From positions 126,604,001-126,668,000 of the forward strand of contig OZ024742.1 of the NCBI GenBank assembly GCA_964016885.1: a DNA stretch of 64,000 nucleotides. Reading direction: 5' to 3'. A program made the translations under genes and the position numbers. Shown one piece after another: positions 42,035 to 52,033 of the stretch. Source of the stretch: Eledone cirrhosa (Eukaryota). The notes under the pieces were generated by a model. The model searched no databases, was not told where the DNA came from, and saw only the letters and a program-made list of their open reading frames with translations. Each line of letters begins with the position of its first letter. The first letter of the stretch is position 1.

Positions 42035-45000
42035 ATGATGTTCCGGAACAATGTAAACGAGATAATTGCCAATTTGGGTTCTGGAACAAAAGAGATCATT
42101 GGCAATAAGGGCAGGGGCCCCAAGTTATCACAACCTGGGCCCGCCCGTCATCGTGCCATTGTAATAGAGCCAAACAGGGCATTTAGTCTTGGCTGCTGGA
42201 ACGTACGGACGCTGCTTGACAGGGATTCTTTGGAGCGTCCTGAACGAAGGACCGCTCTTGTTGCGAAGGAGCTTCGACGTTACGATCTTGACATCGTGGC
42301 TTTGTCTGAGACGAGGTTAGCTGGAGATGGTCATCTTACGGAATTTTGTGGAGAATATACATTCTTCTGGAAAGGAAGAGATGAAGGAACCAGAAGAGAG
42401 GCTGGGGTAGGATTTGCTGTTAAGACTGTACTGGTGAATAAATTGGAAGAATTCCCAGTGGGGATTAGTGAGCGTCTTATGTCCATGAGAGTTCCGCTGG
42501 ACAAGGGAAGATATGCTACCCTGGTGAGTGTGTATGCTCCAACTATGAATTCTGTCGATGAAGAAAAACTGTCCTTTTACCATGCCTTGAAAGGTGTTTT
42601 AAGAAATATCCCTCAGGCAGACAAAGTCATCGTGCTTGGTGACTTTAATGCTAGAGTGGGTAGGGATTTTAACACATGGAATGTAATCGGAAGGCATGGG
42701 GTGGGAAAGTGTAACAGCAATGGTATGCTCTTGCTGCAGATGTGTGAGGAGCTGGATCTGTGTGTTACCAGCACCATGTTCCAACAAAAGAACAAATTCA
42801 AGACCACATGGATGCATCCTGCATCTAAGGAATGGCATCTTTTGGACTACGTCCTAGTCAGGATGCGTGACAGACAGGATGTGCGGTGTGTTCGTGTTCT
42901 TCGTGGAGCTGAGTGCTGGACGGACCACCGCCTGGTACGCGCAAAAGTGAATCTAATCACCAAACGTAAAATCCGGGCTCCTGGTGTTACCCTGCCCAAA
43001 AGATTGAATGCTGCTCGTCTTAAGGATAAAAATGTGAAGAGGACATTGGAAGAAGAGATGCAGGCTGCAGATCTTGGTGAGGATTGGCCGACCCTTAAAA
43101 AGTCGGTTTATGATGTAGGCAGACGTGTTCTGGGATTGGTGCAGAGAAAACATCAGGACTGGTTTAATGAGAAAGATGTGCATATAGATGACTTGTTGGC
43201 TGATAAGAGGCGCGCTCTGTCACGCTACTTGACGGCAAGACCACAGGAGAGGAATACGTTGCATGAGGAGCTCAGGGATGTAAAATCACGTGTTAGGCGG
43301 AGTCTTTCTCAGATGAAGGATCAGTGGTGGAGTGAGAAGGCTGGTGAGATACAAACTGCGTCTGATTGCAATAACACAAAGCTGTTGTACAGTCTCTTGC
43401 GTGAGGTTTATGGACCGTCTTCTTCTCTGGTGACACCGATTCGCAGCAAGGATGGCAAAGAACTTCTTCGTGACTCACAGGGAATTCTACGAAGGTGGCG
43501 GGAGCACTTTGATGATCTTTTGAATCAGCCGTCTGTCGTCAGTGAAGATTTCCTCAATCTCATTCCGGAAAGTCCTGTGAAAGTAGCTCTCGCAGAGCCT
43601 CCGACACTTGTGGAGGTTGCAGTGGCTATTTCGAAGCTGAACAGTGGAAGATCTCCAGGTATGGATGGCATACATGCTGAGCTCCTACAATATGGTGGTG
43701 AGAGACTCCTGCAACATCTTCACTCTCTGTTTGGAAGGATATGGGCTAATGAATCCGTGCCTGAGGACTGGAGAGATGCAGTAATGGTGGTCTTGTACAA
43801 GGGAAAGGGTAACAGGAATGATTGTGGGAACTACAGAGGTATATCATTGCTTTCTGTCGTGGGGAAAGTTTTATGTAGGGTGCTTCTGGACCGTCTGCTG
43901 ACACACATTGCAGATTGTGTCCTTCCTGAAAGTCAATCTGGTTTTCGTGTTGGACGCGGCACTACTGATATGATCTTCTCAGCTAGACAGCTCCAGGAGA
44001 AGTGCATTGAACAGGGCTTGGATCTGTATCAGGTTTTTGTCGATCTGACAAAGGCTTTCGATACTGTCAACAGAGATGCATTGTGGAAGGTTCTCCAGAA
44101 ACTTGGTTGCCCTGATAAGTTCCTTGCTTTAGTTAGGTCTTTCCATGACGACATGAAGGCTTGGGTTAATGTCGGAGGTAACGTGTCGGAGCCTGTCTCA
44201 GTAAAAAATGGAGTGAAACAGGGGGATATTCCAGCACCGACCCTGTTTGCCATATACTTTGCAATGGTTTTCTGTATTGCATTCAGGAATTGCGAGCATG
44301 GTGTTTACATCCGATATCGAACCTCAGGCAGCATATTTAACATCAGGCGCTTTGCTGCGAAGACAAAAGTATTTACATCAGTCATAAGAGACCTCTTGTA
44401 TGCAGATGATTGCGATCTTGTAGCGCACACAGAGAGTGATATGCAGCACATTTTGAATGTATTTTCTGACGCTTGCACTGCCCTGGGTTTGACTGTCAGT
44501 CTCAAGAAAACCGTCGTCATGTACCAACCTGCACCTGGTAGGCAGTACACTGAACCAAACATCTATGTGTATGGCAAACGACTTGGAGTGGTTGATCAGT
44601 TTGTCTACCTGGGAAGCACTGTCAATCGATACGGCAACCTTGACAGTGAAATCTCACTTAGGATTAGGAAAGCAAGTGATGCTTTCGGAAAGCTAGAAAG
44701 GCGACTCTGGGGTCGGCGAGACATATGCAGGAGGACAAAGGTAAGGGTGTACAGGGCATGTGTACTCTCTTGTCTTCTTTATGCCTGCGAGACCTGGGTC
44801 ACATATCGACGCCACCTTAAGCAATTGGAGCGTTTCCATCAGATGTGTCTCAGACGGATACATGGCGTTCGCTGGAGGGACCACATCAGTGATGTCGAGA
44901 TTTTGGAAAGCTCTATGTGTGACAGTATAGAAGCTCTTGTGCTTAAGCAGCGACTCCGTTGGAGTGGTCACCTTGCCAGGATGAAGGATTCTAGAATACC

Positions 45001-45580
45001 AAAACAACTCTTCTATGGAGAGTTGGTTAAAGGAAAACGACCGCCACATAAACCAAAAAAGAGGTATAAGGATTCCTTGAAGGCCTCTCTGAAAGACGCT
45101 AACATCTCTGCTGATACATGGGAAAATATTGCTGCTGATCGTAATAAATGGAGAAAGACTGTATATGAGGGAAAAGTTGCCTTTGAGGCATCTCGAATCG
45201 CACACGAGAAAGTAAAGCGGGACGTGAGGAAGGGTATTGCTGTTGCACTTCCAGACGGCGAGGGTCCTCCTATGTTTCTGACATGCAGCGTCTGTGCGAG
45301 ACTCTGCCTAAGCAAAGCTGGACTCGAAAGTCATCTTCGCAGTCATAAAGTAAGACCAGTGGTTGACTACCAGGCTGCTGTTGGAGATGCTACTCATCAT
45401 GCTTGCCAAACATGTGGTAGAGAATGTAAATCAGCAGGAGGACTCAAGCGACATGCAAAAGTACACGAACTCCAACCACAGCCGACTATTCCCAGTAAAT
45501 GTTTTGGTTGCCGACTCTGTGCAAGACATTTTGGATCATTGGCTGGGCTAAAAAGCCACATTCGATCGCAGCACTGTTAG
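42035..45580 (+). CDS. RTE-clade polyprotein: APE endonuclease, reverse transcriptase and three C2H2 zinc fingers (1181 aa)
   Basis: WNVRTL, DIVALSETR, YAPT, GDFNARVG, TDHRLV; NYRGISLLS, DLTKAFD, GVKQG, YADD; GKRPPHKPKKRYKD; CSVC..HLRSH, CQTC..HAKVH, CRLC..HIRSQH; uninterrupted. Confidence 0.96.
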   Translation: MMFRNNVNEIIANLGSGTKEIIGNKGRGPKLSQPGPARHRAIVIEPNRAFSLGCWNVRTLLDRDSLERPERRTALVAKELRRYDLDIVALSETRLAGDGHLTEFCGEYTFFWKGRDEGTRREAGVGFAVKTVLVNKLEEFPVGISERLMSMRVPLDKGRYATLVSVYAPTMNSVDEEKLSFYHALKGVLRNIPQADKVIVLGDFNARVGRDFNTWNVIGRHGVGKCNSNGMLLLQMCEELDLCVTSTMFQQKNKFKTTWMHPASKEWHLLDYVLVRMRDRQDVRCVRVLRGAECWTDHRLVRAKVNLITKRKIRAPGVTLPKRLNAARLKDKNVKRTLEEEMQAADLGEDWPTLKKSVYDVGRRVLGLVQRKHQDWFNEKDVHIDDLLADKRRALSRYLTARPQERNTLHEELRDVKSRVRRSLSQMKDQWWSEKAGEIQTASDCNNTKLLYSLLREVYGPSSSLVTPIRSKDGKELLRDSQGILRRWREHFDDLLNQPSVVSEDFLNLIPESPVKVALAEPPTLVEVAVAISKLNSGRSPGMDGIHAELLQYGGERLLQHLHSLFGRIWANESVPEDWRDAVMVVLYKGKGNRNDCGNYRGISLLSVVGKVLCRVLLDRLLTHIADCVLPESQSGFRVGRGTTDMIFSARQLQEKCIEQGLDLYQVFVDLTKAFDTVNRDALWKVLQKLGCPDKFLALVRSFHDDMKAWVNVGGNVSEPVSVKNGVKQGDIPAPTLFAIYFAMVFCIAFRNCEHGVYIRYRTSGSIFNIRRFAAKTKVFTSVIRDLLYADDCDLVAHTESDMQHILNVFSDACTALGLTVSLKKTVVMYQPAPGRQYTEPNIYVYGKRLGVVDQFVYLGSTVNRYGNLDSEISLRIRKASDAFGKLERRLWGRRDICRRTKVRVYRACVLSCLLYACETWVTYRRHLKQLERFHQMCLRRIHGVRWRDHISDVEILESSMCDSIEALVLKQRLRWSGHLARMKDSRIPKQLFYGELVKGKRPPHKPKKRYKDSLKASLKDANISADTWENIAADRNKWRKTVYEGKVAFEASRIAHEKVKRDVRKGIAVALPDGEGPPMFLTCSVCARLCLSKAGLESHLRSHKVRPVVDYQAAVGDATHHACQTCGRECKSAGGLKRHAKVHELQPQPTIPSKCFGCRLCARHFGSLAGLKSHIRSQHC

Positions 45581-45588
45581 TTGCTATC

Positions 45589-45630
<42 letters not shown>

Positions 45631-45946
45631 GCTTATGTGCGTGCGTGTGTGTGTGTATATATATATGAATATGTATATTATTATTGTTGTTGTCGTTATT
45701 ATTATTATTGCTATTATTATTATTATTATTATTGAATGCCATGGTTGACGGAGGCTCGGCTCTGTAAGGTATAGTAATTTTTAACCGTTAAAACAATTGT
45801 AAATTGTTTAAAACTTGAACCAAATTGTTGATAAAGACACCCTCCTCCTCGTGAGAGGGGTTTTTCTGTCCGTTATTTGGCCCTTCGGGGTTAAATAGCC
45901 AGTTATTGGGGTTTTGTACCCAAAATTTCATTTTAAACAAAAAAAC

Positions 45947-48046
45947 ATGGCTACCAAAAAAAAAAAATTTCATACGTCACTCCCACTCATTCCGTCTTCT
46001 TCTTCCTCAATCATCACTACAGGAGAGAGAAGATTGTCTCTCTCCCTCCCTTCTTTAAATGTGTCTCTCTCCCTACCTTCTCTTTCGCAAGCGACGAAAG
46101 AAAAGAAAAGTCTCGTGCAAAGCGTGCAAGGTTTCTCCACGACGACGACGACAGCGACGAAACAGGTGTGCGGGAAATACGAAAACCCAGTTCATTCGTC
46201 TGACGTCAGGAATAATAGCAGTAGCAGCCGTAATAACAACAGCAACAGTGACAATGAAAACAACAGTAGCAGCCGCAACAGCATCACCAGCAGCATAAAC
46301 AACAACAGCATTAGCAGCAGCAACACCAACAACAACCACAGCAACAGCGGCGGAGGCAGTAGTCGTAGTACCTGCAGCAACAACAAAAGTACCAGCAGCT
46401 CTGACGACAACAACAACAGCAGAGAAAAACCAATCTCATTTGCAGGTATTGCGAAAAACCTGGAAACAATCCTCATAACAAATGAGGAATTAGAGGAAGC
46501 GAAGAAGATGGTGACAAAGAACGGACACCGAGCAATCTGCAAGGCAGCGAAAAATTTTTTCGAAACCCAAGAGCACTGTACGGTCACGTACCGTACAGTA
46601 AGTACAAAATCCCGTAGGGTGGAAAGAGCCACAGAGGCCCAAATACAAAAAGCCTTGGGGTCTGTGTGGCAGAGGAAAACGCACATCACCCGAGGCAAAA
46701 AATACGCCACCGTAGACGTACTTTTTGCCACACCCCACGAGGCAAAGGCCCAATCAGTAGTGACCCTAAGGAGCGAGGAAATGGTGTTGGTGCCCTCCTA
46801 CTGCGGGCAAAAAATTGTGAGGGTCAAACTGACCCACGTCCCCCCCGGAATGACCCCTTCTTGGCTGGCCGCGTCTGTCCTCGTCGGAATCGAGGACAAA
46901 ACAACTGTACTGCAAGTACAGAAAAAAGTAAGAGAAGATTGGGTCGGCTCCTCCATTGAGATGCTAATCCAAACCAACCAGGAGTGCATCGAAGCTATCC
47001 CGGATGTGATAGACTTCGATAACGGCACTCAACTGCCCATAAGTGTTGAGGGCAAACGCCCGAAATGCTTTCGCTGTGGATCGAAGACTCACCTCAGGGC
47101 CTTCTGCAACGAGAAGACCCTGAGAAAGGAGAAAACCCCCCTCCTCCCGAATCCGGTTCCACGGCTACCAGCAACAGGACAAGCGGCAACCAGGAACGAT
47201 AGGTCCGTGGCACCCATACCCACTCCACGGAAATCAAAGACAGCAGCAGCAGTGGAAATATTAACAACAACAACAGCAATACCAAATGCAGCTGCAACAG
47301 AGACTCCAGTGCAAACATCACCAACAACAACAAGTGAAAGAGTGGAGCTGGTACCCCTCCCCGACCTTACAGAATCAGACATGGAGTGTGAGGTGGGAGA
47401 GGGATGGCAAAAGGTCTCAAGAAGGCACAAACGCAGAAGCAGCGCATCGTCGCCTTTGAAAAGGGAGGAAAGAAATGAGAAAAGGGTAAAGTCTACTGCA
47501 AAGAGACCCACAGCAGCAACACCACCAACACCATCACCACCCACACCAGCACCACCATCACCACCGGCGACAACCCCACCGCCAACAACACCTTCAACAC
47601 CACCACCACAAGCACCAACATCGCAAACACAACAACAAAACACACACACCCAGCAACAACGACAAGAAAATAGCAGAACCACACCCCACCCCCAGAAAAA
47701 CAAATGCACGGCAATAAACACACACAACAAGAAACTAATGACTTACATAATTGAACACACAGACATTTCACAACAGGACTACATAATACCAGCACCAATC
47801 AAAACGCCAACTAACATAAGACTGCTAAAAATAGCACAGAAACAATACACAAACATTAAAACGAAATTTCCCAACGCAGTTGGTGATTTCAGGGACCTAG
47901 GAGGAACCATTAATCGAAGAGTATATTCAGACATTCTCTTAGAAGAGCCGACGACCAGCCGAAGGGACGATTCAACGGTCCCTTCACCAGACGATCAAGT
48001 GAAAAGGGATGTAAAAACCATCCCTCCTCTACCAAAAATACGGTAA
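45947..48046 (+). CDS. Tx1-type ORF1 (gag-like, single CCHC knuckle, S/N- and P/T/Q-rich low-complexity tracts), ~699 aa from first ATG
   Basis: CFRCGSKTHLRAFC = C-X2-C-X4-H-X4-C; position upstream of ORF2; first ATG at 45947. Confidence 0.9.
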   Translation: MATKKKKFHTSLPLIPSSSSSIITTGERRLSLSLPSLNVSLSLPSLSQATKEKKSLVQSVQGFSTTTTTATKQVCGKYENPVHSSDVRNNSSSSRNNNSNSDNENNSSSRNSITSSINNNSISSSNTNNNHSNSGGGSSRSTCSNNKSTSSSDDNNNSREKPISFAGIAKNLETILITNEELEEAKKMVTKNGHRAICKAAKNFFETQEHCTVTYRTVSTKSRRVERATEAQIQKALGSVWQRKTHITRGKKYATVDVLFATPHEAKAQSVVTLRSEEMVLVPSYCGQKIVRVKLTHVPPGMTPSWLAASVLVGIEDKTTVLQVQKKVREDWVGSSIEMLIQTNQECIEAIPDVIDFDNGTQLPISVEGKRPKCFRCGSKTHLRAFCNEKTLRKEKTPLLPNPVPRLPATGQAATRNDRSVAPIPTPRKSKTAAAVEILTTTTAIPNAAATETPVQTSPTTTSERVELVPLPDLTESDMECEVGEGWQKVSRRHKRRSSASSPLKREERNEKRVKSTAKRPTAATPPTPSPPTPAPPSPPATTPPPTTPSTPPPQAPTSQTQQQNTHTQQQRQENSRTTPHPQKNKCTAINTHNKKLMTYIIEHTDISQQDYIIPAPIKTPTNIRLLKIAQKQYTNIKTKFPNAVGDFRDLGGTINRRVYSDILLEEPTTSRRDDSTVPSPDDQVKRDVKTIPPLPKIR

Positions 48047-48081
48047 GTGGTCTTTCCCATCTTTTCCACTCTATTTTAAAC

Positions 48082-51000
48082 ATGACCTCACTCAGAATAG
48101 GCAGCATAAATGCGCGTGGCTTGGGGTCGTCATGGAAGCAGGGTCACCTGCTCAACGACCTCAGGTCACTAAACATAGATGTAGTGGCCATCAGCGAGAC
48201 CAGAATCTCCGAAGCACGGGCCTTCGCACCGATCTTCGGCGGCTACGATGTGTACGCATCTCCCAGCCGTCCTGGATCCGGTGGAGGAGTTGCTGTACTT
48301 TTTCGGAGAGGTTTGGATCTCGCCATACGGGCCATCTTCCTGGACCCAGAGGGTAAGCTGGTGGTGCTGGACGTGACCAGCGGAGACGGGCAAGCTTTCA
48401 GGCTAGTGGCCGTCTATGCCCCGACAGGAGCAGGGCGGCCTGATTTCTTCCGGCGTCTGGAGACCTTTCTTGGAACGTCCCGCTCTTTAGTGTTAGTGGG
48501 CGACTGGAACGGGATCTTAGATGCACGCTGGGACTGTGTGGGATTAGCGGATAGGGGTGGAGGGTGCAAGAGCCTCACCAACCTGCTCAGGCGTTTTGAA
48601 CTGTCTGACAGGTACCGATTGGATTTCCCGAATGTGCCAATGTGGACTTGGACAAACCGCATAGGGTCATCCAGATCATATCTAGATAGAGTATTTTGTA
48701 GGGAAATAGATAGGTCTAGCATAGGCTGTCCACAATTCAAGATAGTCAGCTACACGGACCACAAATTCGTGATCTGTGTGCTTGACTTAGATAGGCTTCA
48801 TAGACGAGGACCCGGCTACTGGAAGCTAAACGCGTCCTTACCAGCGCGCAAGGCCTACAGAGACCGGATTAGCGAACTAGTTAAGCGGGCGTTGACGGGG
48901 GCCATCGTCAACAACAAGTGGTGGTTTGCTCTGAAAAGAGCGATTAGAATAGAATCGATTAGGTTTAGTAAGGCTTTAGCAATAGAGAAAAATAGAGCAG
49001 AGGGAGAACTAGTTAGAAAATTAGACGAGGCGCTTAGCAAAGGCATTGCGACCGACGTGCTTGCGGCGAAATTGGCCCTTGACCAATTCTTCAATGCAAA
49101 GCACGAAGGCTGCGTTGTCAGAGCTAGGGTGCGTGCTCTCAGACACGAGGGGACGAAAGCCGTTCAATGGGCCCGAGTGGCGGAGGCGCGTCGTGGCAAC
49201 AAAGCCACGATCCGGTCTTTGGTGGACCACGACGGGCGCATGCTACTCGATCCCGGGCAAATGTGTGAAACTTTTCAGCGACACTTCGCTCAGCTGTTCG
49301 GGGGCAGCGGGGGGCCGGGTAGAGGGATGGACTTTAGTGTCTACCTCGACGGGCTGCCGCGGCTCTCGGCCACTGAGGCGAGGTGTTGCGAAAAGCCGAT
49401 AACAGCCGCTGAAGTACGGGAGGCAATGACTGGCTGCACAAGGGGTAAATCGCCTGGTTTGGATGGTCTGCCCTATGAACTTTACGTACAGATGCCAGAC
49501 TTGTTCGGAGGCCTCTTGGCGGACGTCTACTGCAACTGGCAACAGAACGGGAGAATTCCCAGTTCTGTGAGCCGAGGAGCGGTGGCACTGCTGAGAAAGG
49601 ATCCGAACAAGGGGGATAACATAGACAATTTCCGGCCCATAACTCTGCTAAACACAGAGTTTAAGATTTTGGCCAAGGTGCTAGCAAAGAGGTTGGCGCT
49701 TGTCGTTGGTGGTCTGGTGGGAGAGGCGCAGACATGCGCCATTCCCGACAGATCCATCCACGACAACCTCCACCTCATGCGATACATCGTAGAGAGGGTA
49801 GCTAGGGAACCTGGCACGGGTGGGTCCTTGATCAATTTAGATCAGTCGAAAGCTTTCGATAGGGTCGACCATCGTTACCTAGCGGCAGTCCTGAGGGCGG
49901 CTGGCTTTGGGCCCGTCTTCAGAGGCTGGATCGCTGCCATGCACAGCGACATCTGCTCTGTGGTGAGAGTGAACGGTCACCTGTCGGAACCGTTCAACAT
50001 CATGCGCTCGGTCCGCCAAGGATGTCCCCTCTCGTCCCTCTTGTACGTATTGACTCTCGAGCCATTACTGCACAAACTGGAGACGTTGAGGGGAGTCCCG
50101 CGCGAACTAGGATGCGGAAGATCCGTGTCAGCATATGCGGACGATGTCACCGTAGTGGTGTCGAACGCCAAACACATCGAGGCGATCGGCACTACACTAA
50201 GAGAATACGAAGCGGTGACAGGAGCAATGATCAACCAGGAAAAGTCAGTGGGCCTGCAGCTCGGCACCTGGAGAGGCAGGTCCATGCCGTCCAACAGCGT
50301 CGTCGGGCGCTGGACGGACGGACCGGTTAAATTGCTAGGGGTCTGGTTCGGTCCGGACCTCCAGACGGACAAAAACTGGGACGAGGTGACGAGCAGGGTG
50401 GCTTCTCTCACCCAGAAATGGGCGGAGAGGAAGCTATCCCTGAAAGGTCGAGCGGAGGTGGCTAACGCGTACATCGCGTCTGTCATCTGCTACCGCCTAA
50501 CCGTCGTACCTTGTCCTAAGCCTCGCCTGACTGCGCTGGAGCGTTTGCTCTTTCGCTTTTTGTGGAAGGGACGTGCTCCGATGGTCAGGCGGTCCATCTG
50601 TTGTCAACACCCGCTACGTGGAGGGCTGGGCATGCCGTGGCTGATGATGCGCAGGCACGCGCTCAGGCTACGACATCTCCACCTCTTCCTCGACGGTGAT
50701 CAGGTGTGGTCGCCGTTTGCTAGACGCGTTTTTCCCCAGCTCGTTTCCTTGACGGAGCTGCAGTCCTGGGTCAAGCGAAGACCGAGAGGGAGCGCCTGGA
50801 GACTGGAATGTCTTCAGGCGCTCACAGCCCTCGACCAATCGGGCAATGTGATCGGTGGAAACTCCACCTCGGCGTTCTATAGAGGATTAGTGGAGGGGAA
50901 GAGCGACGACGTACTTGGGGAAACTCTAGGCGTCGACGAAAATCAACTAGCCAATCTCTTCGGAAGAACTTTCGGGCCGGGGCCTATGGACAACTTCCAG

Positions 51001-51501
51001 AAATCTCTGGCCTGGCAGTGCTACCGAGGAGCCTTGCCAGTTCGGGATAAACTCTACAGGCATGGAGGTGCCGTCAGCCGGGCATGTCCGAGATGCGCGC
51101 AGGGCGACGAAACCGTCCTGCACGCACTCGTCCAGTGTCCGAAAATTGCTGACTTGTGGGTTTATGTCGAACACCTGCTGTCGCGTTTAGGACGGATCCG
51201 GCTATCATCTGAGTCCATCGTGAGGATTGCCCCGCCCTCCTCCTTTAGCCGGGAAGGGCAGGCAGTTTTTATCTGCCTGGTGGCCATGGCGAAAGAGATA
51301 GTATGGTGGACACGTTTGAAAGGGCTGAAGACGAGCACTTACCTCTTCGGTGATGCTCTGATTGACTTTTTCAAATTTCATTTGAAAAGGAAAATCAGAG
51401 TAGAGAGGGAAGTGCTCTCTTCCCAGCATTTTGTTGAAAGATGGGTGAGAGAAGCAAGAATGGCCCGAGTGAATGGGCCTACTCTGAGCATATATCTGTA
51501 A
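48082..51501 (+). CDS. Tx1-type ORF2: APE endonuclease, reverse transcriptase, C-terminal CCHC (1139 aa)
   Basis: SINARGL, AISETR, VYAP, GDWN, YLDRVF, TDHK, YWKLN; FRPITLLN, DQSKAFDRVDH, QGCPLS, YADD, GGLG; CPRC..ETVLHALVQC. Confidence 0.96.
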   Translation: MTSLRIGSINARGLGSSWKQGHLLNDLRSLNIDVVAISETRISEARAFAPIFGGYDVYASPSRPGSGGGVAVLFRRGLDLAIRAIFLDPEGKLVVLDVTSGDGQAFRLVAVYAPTGAGRPDFFRRLETFLGTSRSLVLVGDWNGILDARWDCVGLADRGGGCKSLTNLLRRFELSDRYRLDFPNVPMWTWTNRIGSSRSYLDRVFCREIDRSSIGCPQFKIVSYTDHKFVICVLDLDRLHRRGPGYWKLNASLPARKAYRDRISELVKRALTGAIVNNKWWFALKRAIRIESIRFSKALAIEKNRAEGELVRKLDEALSKGIATDVLAAKLALDQFFNAKHEGCVVRARVRALRHEGTKAVQWARVAEARRGNKATIRSLVDHDGRMLLDPGQMCETFQRHFAQLFGGSGGPGRGMDFSVYLDGLPRLSATEARCCEKPITAAEVREAMTGCTRGKSPGLDGLPYELYVQMPDLFGGLLADVYCNWQQNGRIPSSVSRGAVALLRKDPNKGDNIDNFRPITLLNTEFKILAKVLAKRLALVVGGLVGEAQTCAIPDRSIHDNLHLMRYIVERVAREPGTGGSLINLDQSKAFDRVDHRYLAAVLRAAGFGPVFRGWIAAMHSDICSVVRVNGHLSEPFNIMRSVRQGCPLSSLLYVLTLEPLLHKLETLRGVPRELGCGRSVSAYADDVTVVVSNAKHIEAIGTTLREYEAVTGAMINQEKSVGLQLGTWRGRSMPSNSVVGRWTDGPVKLLGVWFGPDLQTDKNWDEVTSRVASLTQKWAERKLSLKGRAEVANAYIASVICYRLTVVPCPKPRLTALERLLFRFLWKGRAPMVRRSICCQHPLRGGLGMPWLMMRRHALRLRHLHLFLDGDQVWSPFARRVFPQLVSLTELQSWVKRRPRGSAWRLECLQALTALDQSGNVIGGNSTSAFYRGLVEGKSDDVLGETLGVDENQLANLFGRTFGPGPMDNFQKSLAWQCYRGALPVRDKLYRHGGAVSRACPRCAQGDETVLHALVQCPKIADLWVYVEHLLSRLGRIRLSSESIVRIAPPSSFSREGQAVFICLVAMAKEIVWWTRLKGLKTSTYLFGDALIDFFKFHLKRKIRVEREVLSSQHFVERWVREARMARVNGPTLSIYL

Positions 51502-52033
51502 ATTAAAGGTGGAAAACTGGGAGAGGGCACTTGCCTTGGTGGTCAGGGTCATTGTGGCTTTTTACTGGGCTTTCTCCACAAATGTCCCTCCGAAGTCTCC
51601 CCCCTATTGGGGAATTTTTCATTGTTATTTTCATTGTTATTTTTGTTACATCCTCTGTTTTTTGTTTTTTACACGCAGAAATGCCCATTTGTACCGTCAT
51701 TCATTGTCCTGCACTGTCCTTAATGTCTACTTTATGTAAACCCTTGTGGTTAATAAAGAAATCATTATTATTGTTGTTGTCGTTATTATTATTATTGCTA
51801 TTATTATTATTATTATTATTGAATGCCATGGTTGACGGAGGCTCGGCTCTGTAAGGTATAGTAATTTTTAACCGTTAAAACAATTGTAAATTGTTTAAAA
51901 CTTGAACCAAATTGTTGATAAAGACACCCTCCTCCTCGTGAGAGGGGTTTTTCTGTCCGTTATTTGGCCCTTCGGGGTTAAATAGCCAGTTATTGGGGTT
52001 TTGTACCCAAAATTTCATTTTAAACAAAAAAAC

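Larger units (their letters stand above)
45734..51763 (+). mobile_element. Full-length Tx1/L1-clade LINE, copy 1, in (ATT)n
   Basis: 5' UTR, ORF1, 35-bp spacer, ORF2, 3' UTR ending aataaagaaatc(att)n. Confidence 0.95.

Noticed and set aside
45838-45905. HDV-like ribozyme suggested by a TCCTCGT loop in the Tx1 5' UTR
   Set aside because: P3, P1 and P2 of the nested pseudoknot could not be paired; a simple hairpin fits better
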